From positions 56,765 to 120,764 of the forward strand of contig CANRTI010000002.1 of the NCBI GenBank assembly GCA_947642635.1: DNA of 64,000 bases, in the 5' to 3' direction. The notes under the pieces were generated by a model, which ran no database searches, was not told where the DNA came from, and saw nothing but the letters and a program-made list of their open reading frames with translations. Origin of the DNA: an uncultured Mycoplasma sp. (GTDB lineage Bacteria > Bacillota_I > Bacilli_A > RF39 > UBA660). The translations under genes and the position numbers were made by a program. Position 1 is the first letter of the stretch, and the number at the start of each line of letters is the position of its first letter. Below are positions 48,279-56,948 of the stretch, piece by piece.

Positions 48279-48346
48279 AATTGTCTTAAATAAGGATTAT
48301 GAAAAAAATGCTTTTAGTTTGTTATTAGTAATAAAAGTATTCTTTA

Positions 48347-48355
48347 TGCTATAAT
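48347..48355 (+). promoter_or_regulatory. extended -10 element (TGCTATAAT) upstream of the three-gene islet
   Basis: TGcTATAAT lies at 48347-48355, about 35 nt upstream of the ATG at 48391. No good -35 is present. Confidence 0.45.
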
Positions 48356-48390
48356 ATAAATTATAAATATTAATTTGAATGGAGAATTTT

Positions 48391-49392
48391 ATGAAAAATG
48401 TATATTTGATTGCTTGTACAAAATCAAAACAAAATTATCGATGCACTGCTGAAGAAATGTATAAAAAAAGTGCACTTTATCGCTTATCTTACGAATATTG
48501 TCTAAACTTTGTTCATGATAAATACTCTCAAATATACATATTATCTGCAAAACACCCCTTATTATCTCTTACTAAAGTAATAGAACCATATAATGAAACA
48601 CTAACAAATATGAAGGCAAAACAAAGAAAAGAATGGGGACAAAATGTATATAAGAAAATGCAAGAAACTTTTGATATGGACAATACACATTTCATATTCT
48701 TAACAGGTAAAGAGTATATGAAACCGATTATCCCATATTTAGAAAGTTCGCAATATAGTAGTCCCATCCCTTCAGGATATGGTATTGGAAAAAGAATGAG
48801 ATGGTTAAAAAATAATGCACCTAAGAAATTGGTAAAAGCAAAAGAATTAAGAAATATAGAATGCTTGCGTAATATTCCAAACAATATGCCAGGATGGTAT
48901 AAATGGTGGGCTCCCAAACAATCGCTTGAATTATTATTAAATTCCCCATATATTTCTAAAAATTTTTTTTCAGAATTATTACCACATCTTACTGTTAAAA
49001 ATATAAATGGCATAGATTATTACTATATCTATGTGGGAGTAGCAATTAAAGAATCAATCAAAGAACGCCTTAATTGGCATGTCAATCAACATCATTTGAA
49101 AAGTAGTGTTGAAAGCGGTTTTTTATCAACATTACGTCAAACTATTGCAAGTCTTATTTCAGGTAATCAATATGATGAGGAAGCCACAAATAAATTTATC
49201 GATACATTAATTATTGAATACTATCCAGTAAATATGGCGATTAAAAGTTTAAAAGCAAAAGACAGAATAGAAAAAATTGAACAAGAAGAATTATCAACTA
49301 ATAATTTACCACTAAATTTAAAAGATAACAAAAAAAGTATAATGAAAAGTTTTTTAAAGGAATTAAAAAATGCGAGAAGACAGTCTAAATAG
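48391..49392 (+). CDS. two-domain protein: N-terminal DUF6884-like domain + C-terminal GIY-YIG-like nuclease domain
   Basis: The N-domain has ...VYLIACTKSK...EEMYKKSALYRLS...QIYILSAKHPLLSL...IEPYNETL...QRKEWG. The C-domain has GWYKWW (nt 48892-), ...YYYIYVGVAIKESIKERLNWH..., ...GFLSTLRQTIASLI..., ...LIIEYYPV... and ...LPLNLK. The ATG at 48391 follows GGAGA; the ATG at 48379 is less likely. Confidence 0.6.
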   Translation: MKNVYLIACTKSKQNYRCTAEEMYKKSALYRLSYEYCLNFVHDKYSQIYILSAKHPLLSLTKVIEPYNETLTNMKAKQRKEWGQNVYKKMQETFDMDNTHFIFLTGKEYMKPIIPYLESSQYSSPIPSGYGIGKRMRWLKNNAPKKLVKAKELRNIECLRNIPNNMPGWYKWWAPKQSLELLLNSPYISKNFFSELLPHLTVKNINGIDYYYIYVGVAIKESIKERLNWHVNQHHLKSSVESGFLSTLRQTIASLISGNQYDEEATNKFIDTLIIEYYPVNMAIKSLKAKDRIEKIEQEELSTNNLPLNLKDNKKSIMKSFLKELKNARRQSK

Positions 49393-49426
49393 TAAAATAT
49401 AATAAAAGTTATTAAGAAGGTGAAAG

Positions 49427-50254
49427 ATGAATAAAAAAGAATATCAAGAGTTTATGAAAAGATACGAAAAGTTTAAAAAAAATAATTTGCCTACTAATTT
49501 TTGGGATGAGGAAAGGCAAACTTATGAATACGTTTACTATGATAATCAACTAGATTACTTTACTAAAAAGATTAAAGATGAAAATGAAGATTGGGATAGA
49601 CTTTTACATGTTGAAAGAACATTAACAGAAGCACTCGCCAATATTGCTTATACAGGTTTTTATTATCCGTATACTTCGGGTTATTTTAGATTTGCTAAAA
49701 AAACAGAAAAAGATAACAATTTAAAAATTGAAATAGGTCCTACTCATAGTCATTCATTTGAAGAAGTAGTTCATTCTTTATACAAATTCCCAGAAAGTTT
49801 TTATATTTCTAAAGATGAAGAAAAATTTTATAATGAACAAGAACTAAAATATTTAAAAAGAGTAAAGAAGTATTTACTTTTTATAGGATTAAAAGATATA
49901 AAAAAATTTAAAGTTCCAGTTAATCGCTTTAGAAATTCCAACCAAAAGAAATATGGTGTAGCAGCAATTCGTACTTATTCCAACACTACAATAACTGATT
50001 TTATAAAAGGTATTAGAAACTTTACTGTTACTATTCCGCATGATATTAGTTTTTATAAATCTTTTATAGAGTTTCCAAATCATGATAATCAAGAACTAGT
50101 TGTTAATTTAGAAGGAGATTTTAAAATATTTATAGAATATACACACGAGGAAATAAAAACATATCAAGAAATAAAACATTGTTATAAAAATGTTGAGTTA
50201 GAAGATGATACCAAAGTATTAGTACGTTATTTCAAAATATTAGAAATTTTTTAA
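49427..50254 (+). CDS. hypothetical protein, 275 aa, no recognisable motifs (Tyr/Phe/Lys/Glu-rich, no TM or signal)
   Basis: It has a strong SD (AAGAAGGTGA) 5 nt upstream. The gap from the upstream gene is 34 nt and the gap to the downstream gene is 16 nt. Confidence 0.6.
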   Translation: MNKKEYQEFMKRYEKFKKNNLPTNFWDEERQTYEYVYYDNQLDYFTKKIKDENEDWDRLLHVERTLTEALANIAYTGFYYPYTSGYFRFAKKTEKDNNLKIEIGPTHSHSFEEVVHSLYKFPESFYISKDEEKFYNEQELKYLKRVKKYLLFIGLKDIKKFKVPVNRFRNSNQKKYGVAAIRTYSNTTITDFIKGIRNFTVTIPHDISFYKSFIEFPNHDNQELVVNLEGDFKIFIEYTHEEIKTYQEIKHCYKNVELEDDTKVLVRYFKILEIF

Positions 50255-50270
50255 AAAGATAGGAGTAAAA

Positions 50271-50744
50271 ATGAAAGTTTATCATACATTTGATGCATTT
50301 TATAATAAAGATAGTGAAATATTGATATTAGGTAGTATGCCATCCGTAAAATCACGAGAACTAGGTTTTTATTATATGCATCCTCAAAACAGGTTTTGGA
50401 AAGTATTAGAAAAAGTCTACGATGAATTAATAACTGATAAAAAAGAATTTTTAACCAAACATAAAATTGCATTGTGGGATGTAATCGAATCTTGTGAAAT
50501 TGCTGGCTCACAGGATTCATCAATTAAAAATGTTAAACCAAATAATTTAAATAAAATTATAAAAAAATCTAATATAAAACATATATTTTGTACAGGACAA
50601 AAAGCTTATCAATTATATAATAAATATGCATTACCAAAAACTGGTTTAAAAGCTATTTGTTTACCTTCAACATCTCCTGCTAATTGTAGATTATCTTTAG
50701 AAAATCTTGTTGAAAACTATCAAGTTATCAACAAAGAAAAATAA
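50271..50744 (+). CDS. DNA-deoxyinosine (hypoxanthine) glycosylase-like, UDG superfamily
   Basis: ...ILILGSMPSVKSRELGFYYMHPQNRFWKVL... and ...LWDV...C...GS.DS.I... and ...LPSTSPAN match the ~160-aa UDG-superfamily proteins annotated as DNA-deoxyinosine glycosylase. Confidence 0.65.
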   Translation: MKVYHTFDAFYNKDSEILILGSMPSVKSRELGFYYMHPQNRFWKVLEKVYDELITDKKEFLTKHKIALWDVIESCEIAGSQDSSIKNVKPNNLNKIIKKSNIKHIFCTGQKAYQLYNKYALPKTGLKAICLPSTSPANCRLSLENLVENYQVINKEK

Positions 50745-50786
50745 AATATTTAGCATATCTATTTTAAAAATATAATAAACTTTAAT

Positions 50787-51431
50787 ATGATTAATAAGTT
50801 TAAAGTATTATTTATTTTTTTTATTAGTGTTTTAATATTATATGCTTTGAAAGTTGAAGCAATTTTACCATTAACAGGGCGCACTATTATAATTGACAGT
50901 GGGCATGGAGCAGAAGATCCAGGAACAAGCTATGGCAAAATTTATGAAAAAAATATTAATTTACAAATAAGTTTATATTTAGAAGAAGAATTAGTTAAAC
51001 TAGGAGCTGAAGTAATTCTTATTCGTGATGGCGATTATGACCTATCTACCCCTGGCGCACATTATCGTAAAAAAAGTGATTTTGATAATCGTATTAAAAT
51101 GATTAATGAAAGTAATGCCGATATTTATTTGAGTATTCATCTAAATTACTTAAATAATGCTAGTTACTATGGACCACAAGTTTTTTATAATGCTGATAAT
51201 CAAAAACTAGCAGAAGCAGTTCAAAAAATAATGAATTCACAATTGAAAGGCAATCGAGAAATAAAAAAAATACCTAAAGATACTTACATGTACAGTAAAT
51301 TAAAAATCCCTGGTATTTTAATTGAATGCGGATTTTTATCAAATGGTAAAGAACGAGGACTTTTAAAAACAAAAGATTACCAGCAACAAGTGGCTAGGGC
51401 AATTGCTTTAGGATTATTGGAATATTTTTAA
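50787..51431 (+). CDS. cwlD: N-acetylmuramoyl-L-alanine amidase CwlD (germination-specific)
   Basis: ...IIIDSGHGAEDPG......EK.INL.IS..L...L...GA.V...R.GD.DLS........K..DF..R......S.ADIYLSIHLN... with a signal/TM N-terminus. It keeps the conserved location after rplM-rpsI. Confidence 0.85.
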   Translation: MINKFKVLFIFFISVLILYALKVEAILPLTGRTIIIDSGHGAEDPGTSYGKIYEKNINLQISLYLEEELVKLGAEVILIRDGDYDLSTPGAHYRKKSDFDNRIKMINESNADIYLSIHLNYLNNASYYGPQVFYNADNQKLAEAVQKIMNSQLKGNREIKKIPKDTYMYSKLKIPGILIECGFLSNGKERGLLKTKDYQQQVARAIALGLLEYF

Positions 51432-52299
51432 GTTTTATTAGATTTATAATTTTTAAAAATTGTTCCTCTTTATCATTACCATTTAATATATCCAAAGTTA
51501 AATTACTTAAATAAATACTTATTTTAAAAGCAATATCATAGATATCTTGGAAAGAATATTTATATATTTCTTTTTTTATATTAGGATGGTGCCATTCTAA
51601 ATGTTTATTATTAAGAACTTCTTCATTAACTTTTTTAATATTAAAAGTATTTTCATGAAATTGAAACTTTTTCTTTTCTCTTATTTTATCAATAAATTTA
51701 TAAATTAATGTTTTAAGTCCTAATCGATCATAAATAAAATAACGATAAACATAATAACCATTATTATGAGAAGTTCTAAATATTTTTCCAATATTTTTTT
51801 CTTGATATGTTTTATCAAAAACAACAGATATTAAATCAATTAAATTTTGATTAAATTTAACTTTGGGAATAAATTTCTTATATAGTTTTCCTTGCCATTT
51901 TTGAGGATAGAAATAATAATCTAACATAAATTCTATTTTAGTGTGCGGAGTATTTAAATTAAGTACTTGATAATTAATAAAAGGATGAACTAATGTATCT
52001 AATGTATAATGATTAATAAAACCTAAAATAAAGGATAACATTAAGGCATCATTTTGTAGATTATTATCTTTAATATATTCCAAAATATTTTTAAAAAATA
52101 AAGGGATATTATTTTTATGAGCTTGAATTCCAAAGTTTTTATAATAATTCCAATTTTTATGATAATAATATAAATTATCAAACCCTTGATTAAACATATC
52201 ATAATAACTTAACTTATTAATTAATAATTCTTGAATATTATCAGGTAATTTTGTTAATATTTCTCTTCCGAATTTATAATGTACATATAAAGTTGGCAT
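51394..52299 (-). CDS. zinc-dependent phospholipase C family-like protein
   Basis: MPTLYVHYKFG...GFINHYTLDTLVHPFINY... resembles the His-rich motifs of this family. The ATG at 52299 follows AAGGTGA, whereas the ORF-track start is 52332. Its 3' end overlaps cwlD by 38 nt. Confidence 0.45.
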   Translation of the reverse strand: MPTLYVHYKFGREILTKLPDNIQELLINKLSYYDMFNQGFDNLYYYHKNWNYYKNFGIQAHKNNIPLFFKNILEYIKDNNLQNDALMLSFILGFINHYTLDTLVHPFINYQVLNLNTPHTKIEFMLDYYFYPQKWQGKLYKKFIPKVKFNQNLIDLISVVFDKTYQEKNIGKIFRTSHNNGYYVYRYFIYDRLGLKTLIYKFIDKIREKKKFQFHENTFNIKKVNEEVLNNKHLEWHHPNIKKEIYKYSFQDIYDIAFKISIYLSNLTLDILNGNDKEEQFLKIINLIKLKNIPIILKQLP

Positions 52300-52424
52300 A
52301 ATAATCACCTTCTTAATTATAACAAATTTCACTTAAATATCACGAAAATAATACTAAAAATACAATAAAAATAGATATATTTATATTGTTTCTTATGATA
52401 TAATTTTATTGTAGGTGAATAAAC

Positions 52425-53363
52425 ATGGGGTCTAAAACATTTAAAACTTTAGATGAGCAGATTGAATTATTAAGACAAAAAGGCCTAGTCATTGATGACA
52501 TTGATTATGCAAAAGAAGTTCTTTTAAGAGAAAATTACTTCTTTATTAGTGGTTATAGACATGTATTTTTAAAAGATGATGGTAGTCGAAAGTTTATTAA
52601 AGGAACAAATTTTCGCGAACTACATGGCATGTTTAATTTTGATAGGCAACTAAGAAACATTTTGTTTAAAAATATCTTGATTGTGGAAAACAACTTAAAA
52701 AGTATCTTATCATACGTAATGAGTAAAAACCATGGTTTTAAAGAACAAAATTATTTAAATGCTGAAAACTTTACTAAAGATTATAACAAGTCAAGGCAAA
52801 TTAATGATTTAATAAGAAAGATGAAACGGCAAATAAATGTTAATGGAAAACAACATACAGCCACTAGTCATTATATTAATAATTATGGTTATATTCCATT
52901 ATGGATTGTTGTTAAGGTGCTTTCATTTGGAATAGTTGGGGAATTATATTCTGTATTACAAAAAGAAGATCAAGAAGAGATTGCAGCAACTTATGATATA
53001 TCAGTTCATGATATGATTGATTACTTACCAATACTAGCTAATTATCGTAATTTATGTGCTCATGAAGATTTATGTTTTAATAATAAAACTCATAAAAATA
53101 TTTCGCATACTAAATATCATGATATATTAAATATTCCCAAAAATGCGGACCATGAATATATTTATGGAGTAAATGATTTATTTGCGATTATAATAATAAT
53201 GAAACAAATTTTAAAAGATGAAGATTTTGTCTTAATGATGCATGAAATAAGTTATGAATTAGATGTTTTAGATGGCAAAGTTGATACCATCGAAATTGTG
53301 GAAGTTTTGGAAATAATGGGATTTCCAACAAATTATAAGGAGATAGTGAGGATAAATAAATGA
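52425..53363 (+). CDS. Abi_2 (AbiD/AbiF-like) abortive-infection family protein
   Basis: ...TLDEQIELLRQKGL.I.D...A...L...NYF.ISGY......, ...F.FDR.LRN.L...I..VEN.LKS... and ...LP.LANYRNLCAHED..FN. Confidence 0.75.
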   Translation: MGSKTFKTLDEQIELLRQKGLVIDDIDYAKEVLLRENYFFISGYRHVFLKDDGSRKFIKGTNFRELHGMFNFDRQLRNILFKNILIVENNLKSILSYVMSKNHGFKEQNYLNAENFTKDYNKSRQINDLIRKMKRQINVNGKQHTATSHYINNYGYIPLWIVVKVLSFGIVGELYSVLQKEDQEEIAATYDISVHDMIDYLPILANYRNLCAHEDLCFNNKTHKNISHTKYHDILNIPKNADHEYIYGVNDLFAIIIIMKQILKDEDFVLMMHEISYELDVLDGKVDTIEIVEVLEIMGFPTNYKEIVRINK

Positions 53364-54466
53364 AACAAAATTCAGATAAAAAAACAAGAATGATAGTTTA
53401 TACTATTTTTATATTATTTTTAGGAGTATTTTTAGCTTATGGAATTATTTATAAATTTCCAGCAATATTTCAAGAAACGATTACCAAAATTGAAAAAGAT
53501 GTTACTGTTACAGATAAAGGAATAGCAGATGCAGTAGAAAAAGTATATGACTCAGTAATTATTGTTTCAACATACAAAGGTGAAAGTTTAATTGCTTCAG
53601 GTAGTGGTTTTATTTATAAAAATGAAGATAATAGTTTTTATATTATTACTAACCATCATGTTATTGCAGATGGAGATAACTATAAAATAACTTATACAGA
53701 TGGAACAATTATGGAAGCTAGTCTTTTAGGAAGTGATCAATACGCTGATATTGCAGTATTAAAATCTAATGAAAAAGAAGATATTAAAGCTGTTTCAATT
53801 GGTAAAACCGATGCATTAAGAGTGGGCGATACTACATTTACAGTAGGAGCTCCTTTGGATAATGTATATTCTTGGACTGTCACAAGAGGAATTATATCGG
53901 GAAAAGAAAGATTGGTTGAAGTTTCAGTTACTGGTAGAAATGATTATATAATGAATGTTTTACAAACTGATGCTGCAGTTAATAGTGGTAATAGTGGTGG
54001 ACCTTTATGTGATTCAAATGGGGAAGTAATTGGAGTAATTTCGGCCAAAATAAGTTCAACTGGTGTAGAAGGAATGGGATTTGCTATCCCAATAGAAACT
54101 GCTATCGAAAAATCAGAACAAATTATTAGTGGTGAATCGAGTGAATATCCTTATTTGGGAATTACAATGTATAGTGTTGCCGATGCTAAATCAGATCCTA
54201 GGTATTATCGTTACTTAGCTGATCAAAATATTAATAGTGGTGTTATTGTTATTGATATTCAAAAAAATAGTTCTGCAGATAAAGCAAAATTAGAAGCAGG
54301 CGATGTTATAGTCGAAATTAATGGTAAAGAAATTAGTAATGTTGCTTATTTAAGATATGAATTATATAAGTATGAGGTTGGCGATACAATTAAAGTTAAA
54401 ATATTAAGAAATGGTGCAGAAAAAACTGTATCTATGAAATTACTTTCAAATTTACCGACAAGTTAG
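53360..54466 (+). CDS. htrA: membrane-anchored HtrA/DegP-family serine protease with PDZ domain
   Basis: TM anchor; catalytic His (ITNHHV), Asp (DIAVLK) and Ser (GNSGGPL); C-terminal PDZ (...GVIVIDI...SSADKAKLEAGDVIVEINGKEI...). Confidence 0.9.
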   Translation: MKQNSDKKTRMIVYTIFILFLGVFLAYGIIYKFPAIFQETITKIEKDVTVTDKGIADAVEKVYDSVIIVSTYKGESLIASGSGFIYKNEDNSFYIITNHHVIADGDNYKITYTDGTIMEASLLGSDQYADIAVLKSNEKEDIKAVSIGKTDALRVGDTTFTVGAPLDNVYSWTVTRGIISGKERLVEVSVTGRNDYIMNVLQTDAAVNSGNSGGPLCDSNGEVIGVISAKISSTGVEGMGFAIPIETAIEKSEQIISGESSEYPYLGITMYSVADAKSDPRYYRYLADQNINSGVIVIDIQKNSSADKAKLEAGDVIVEINGKEISNVAYLRYELYKYEVGDTIKVKILRNGAEKTVSMKLLSNLPTS

Positions 54467-54478
54467 GGGAATTTATTT

Positions 54479-55093
54479 ATGAATAATGTTAAAATTACTA
54501 GTCGAATTATGGCATATTTATTAGATATAGTTTTAGTATTTTTCTTTGTCCAATTGATAACGAGTATTAGATTTATTAATCCTCAATATGATAAATATAT
54601 TGAAACAGCTGATAAATACAATAAAGTCTATAATAGTTATTTAGAAAAGGAAATAAATGAAATTGAATTTATTGAACAAAATAAAGAAAATCACTATTAT
54701 TTATCAAAATATAGCGTAAGTTATAATATTGTATTAGTTATTGTTCTTATTGCTTACTATGGATTATTTCAAAAATTTAATAATGGCCAAACTCTTGGAA
54801 AAAAGATTATGAAAATAAGAGTGGTCGGGTTAGATAATCATAATAGTAGTGTTTTATCCTATATTATTAGGTTACTACCTCTGTTCTTTGTTTACATTGG
54901 TGGTTTATTACCAACAATAATTAATGCTATTTTAGTATATGTATTAAATAGTAATAATTATATGACAATTACTACTGTTGTTAATTATGCTTTCTTACTA
55001 TTAGGAATTGCTTCATTTGTAATAGCATATATTAGAAAAGATAAACGTGGTTTACATGACCTATTAGCCAAAACAAAAGTAGTGATTGAATAA
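54479..55093 (+). CDS. RDD family membrane protein
   Basis: ...SRIMAYLLDIVLVFFF... and ...GQTLGKKIMKIRVV... and ...GLHDLLAKT.VV. Confidence 0.75.
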   Translation: MNNVKITSRIMAYLLDIVLVFFFVQLITSIRFINPQYDKYIETADKYNKVYNSYLEKEINEIEFIEQNKENHYYLSKYSVSYNIVLVIVLIAYYGLFQKFNNGQTLGKKIMKIRVVGLDNHNSSVLSYIIRLLPLFFVYIGGLLPTIINAILVYVLNSNNYMTITTVVNYAFLLLGIASFVIAYIRKDKRGLHDLLAKTKVVIE

Positions 55094-55185
55094 ATATTAA
55101 TTTTTAAGTTAGAAGAAAAATCTAGCTTTTTATTTGTCATATTGCTTATATTTTGATAAAATAGTAACAGAAAAACGGTGATATT

Positions 55186-56916
55186 ATGAATAAATTTTAT
55201 AAAAAATTAGAAGAAAAAATAAGTGATGCATTAAAAAAATGTGGTTATCAACCTAATGAAATTGTAGTAAATGAATCTAATCGAAGAGATTTAGGAGAAT
55301 ATCAATTTAATGGTATAATGCCTTTAGCAAAAATTTATCATAAAAATCCAGTTGAGATAGCTAGTGATGTAGTTAAAGTTTTACAAGAAGATGATTTTTT
55401 TAGTGATGTTAATGTTGCTGGTCCTGGTTTTATTAATATGTCCATTAATAATAGTTCTTTAGTAGATTTTATGAATAATGCTAACTATCAATATGCTTCA
55501 AATGATAAACTAATTTTTTTAGATTATGGTGGTGCTAATGTCAGTAAATGTTTACATGTTGGGCACTTAAGAAGTATTAATATTGGCGAAGCTTTAAAAA
55601 GATTATGTAATTATTTAGGTTATAAAACTGTTAGTGATACTCATTTAGGAGATTGGGGTCGTCCTTTAGGTTTAGTAATTTTAGAATTATCAAAAAGAAA
55701 TCCTGATTGGCCATTTTTTAATCCAAATTATCTTGGCGATTATCCTAATGTTACTCTTACAAATTCTTTGTTAGAAGAGATATATCCTTATGCATCTCTT
55801 AAAGCTAAAGAAGATGAAAATTATTTAAAAGAAGCCCAAGAAATGACCAAAAGATTACAAGATAAGGAAAGAGGCATTTATGCTTTATGGCAAATTATTT
55901 TAGAAGTTTCTAAAAAAGATATTAAAAAAATATATAATCAATTAAATGCAACTTTTGATTTATATAAAGGTGAAAGTGATGCCGAAGAATTTATTCCTGA
56001 ATTATTAGAATACATAGATAAATTAAATATTGTTAAAATTAGTGAAGGCGCTAAAGTAATTGAAGTAAGTGAAGATACAGATAAGCTAGAAATACCACCA
56101 ATGTTATTGATAAAATCAGATGGGGGTATGTTGTATAGTACCACGGAGTTAGCAACCTTATATGATAGAATGCTAAATTACAAACCAGACGAAATATGGT
56201 ATTTTGCAGATAAAAGACAAGAACTTCATTTTACACAAGTTTTTCGAGCAGCCCATAAAACAGGAATTGCTAAAGAAAATACAAAATTAGTATTTGCGGG
56301 ATTTGGCACTATGAATGGGAAAGATGGTAAGCCATTTAAAACTCGAGATGGCGGAGTAATGCGTTTAAATGATTTACTTATGGAAGTAAAAACCGAATGT
56401 TTAAAAAGACTTAATGAAAATATTACAGAAAATAGAGAGGTTATCGCTGAAAAAATTGCTATCGCAGCTATTAAATTTGCTGATTTATTACCAAGTCGTG
56501 AATCCAATTATATCTTTGATGTGGAAAAATTTTGCGACTTGGATGGCAAAACTGGTCCATATATTTTATACTCTACAATTAGAATGAAATCTTTGTTAAA
56601 TAAAGCAAATGAAAATAATTATAAATATGAAAAAATATATACAATAGATAATGAATATGATAAAGAAGTCATCTTATTATTAAATAATTTTGACAATATA
56701 TTAAATAAATCATTTAATTCTTATTCTTTAAATGATATTACGGAATATCTTTATAAATTAACGAGTACATATAACCGTTTTTATACTGAAAATAAAATTT
56801 TAACAGAAACTGATTTATTAAAAAGAGAATCGTGGTTATATTTAACTAATACTGTTTATCAAATAAATCAAATATTATTAAATATTTTAGCAATTGAAAT
56901 ACCAGAAAAAATGTAA
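55186..56916 (+). CDS. argS: arginine--tRNA ligase
   Basis: Class I HIGH-type motif (NVSKCLHVGHLRS), a DALR anticodon-binding C-terminus, and the typical end ...IEIPEKM. Confidence 0.92.
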   Translation: MNKFYKKLEEKISDALKKCGYQPNEIVVNESNRRDLGEYQFNGIMPLAKIYHKNPVEIASDVVKVLQEDDFFSDVNVAGPGFINMSINNSSLVDFMNNANYQYASNDKLIFLDYGGANVSKCLHVGHLRSINIGEALKRLCNYLGYKTVSDTHLGDWGRPLGLVILELSKRNPDWPFFNPNYLGDYPNVTLTNSLLEEIYPYASLKAKEDENYLKEAQEMTKRLQDKERGIYALWQIILEVSKKDIKKIYNQLNATFDLYKGESDAEEFIPELLEYIDKLNIVKISEGAKVIEVSEDTDKLEIPPMLLIKSDGGMLYSTTELATLYDRMLNYKPDEIWYFADKRQELHFTQVFRAAHKTGIAKENTKLVFAGFGTMNGKDGKPFKTRDGGVMRLNDLLMEVKTECLKRLNENITENREVIAEKIAIAAIKFADLLPSRESNYIFDVEKFCDLDGKTGPYILYSTIRMKSLLNKANENNYKYEKIYTIDNEYDKEVILLLNNFDNILNKSFNSYSLNDITEYLYKLTSTYNRFYTENKILTETDLLKRESWLYLTNTVYQINQILLNILAIEIPEKM

Positions 56917-56948
56917 AAAAATGCTCTAAATTATTAAAGCATTTTTTT
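56915..56948. terminator. bidirectional terminator between argS and the FemAB-family gene
   Basis: A perfect 11-bp stem pairs AAAAAAATGCT (56915-56925) with AGCATTTTTTT (56938-56948). Confidence 0.8.

Noticed and set aside
48301-48335. Tiny ORF ATGAAAAAAATGCTTTTAGTTTGTTATTAG (9 aa) between the rpsI terminator and the islet promoter.
   Set aside because: It has no SD and is too short to evaluate. It is probably a chance ORF in AT-rich spacer DNA.
48528-49013. Unusually long (161 aa) antisense ORF inside the DUF6884/GIY-YIG gene.
   Set aside because: The translation is Phe/Cys/Leu-rich with no motif and no SD. The sense strand has a coherent two-domain protein with a good SD, so I treat this as a shadow ORF. 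Its length is still worth a glance in strand-specific RNA-seq.
55094-55185. Possible T-box riboswitch upstream of argS.
   Set aside because: The intergenic space is only ~90 nt, and it already contains the upstream gene's terminator-like hairpin. That is too short for a T-box leader, and no T-box sequence (AATTAGGGTGGTACCGCG-like) is visible.
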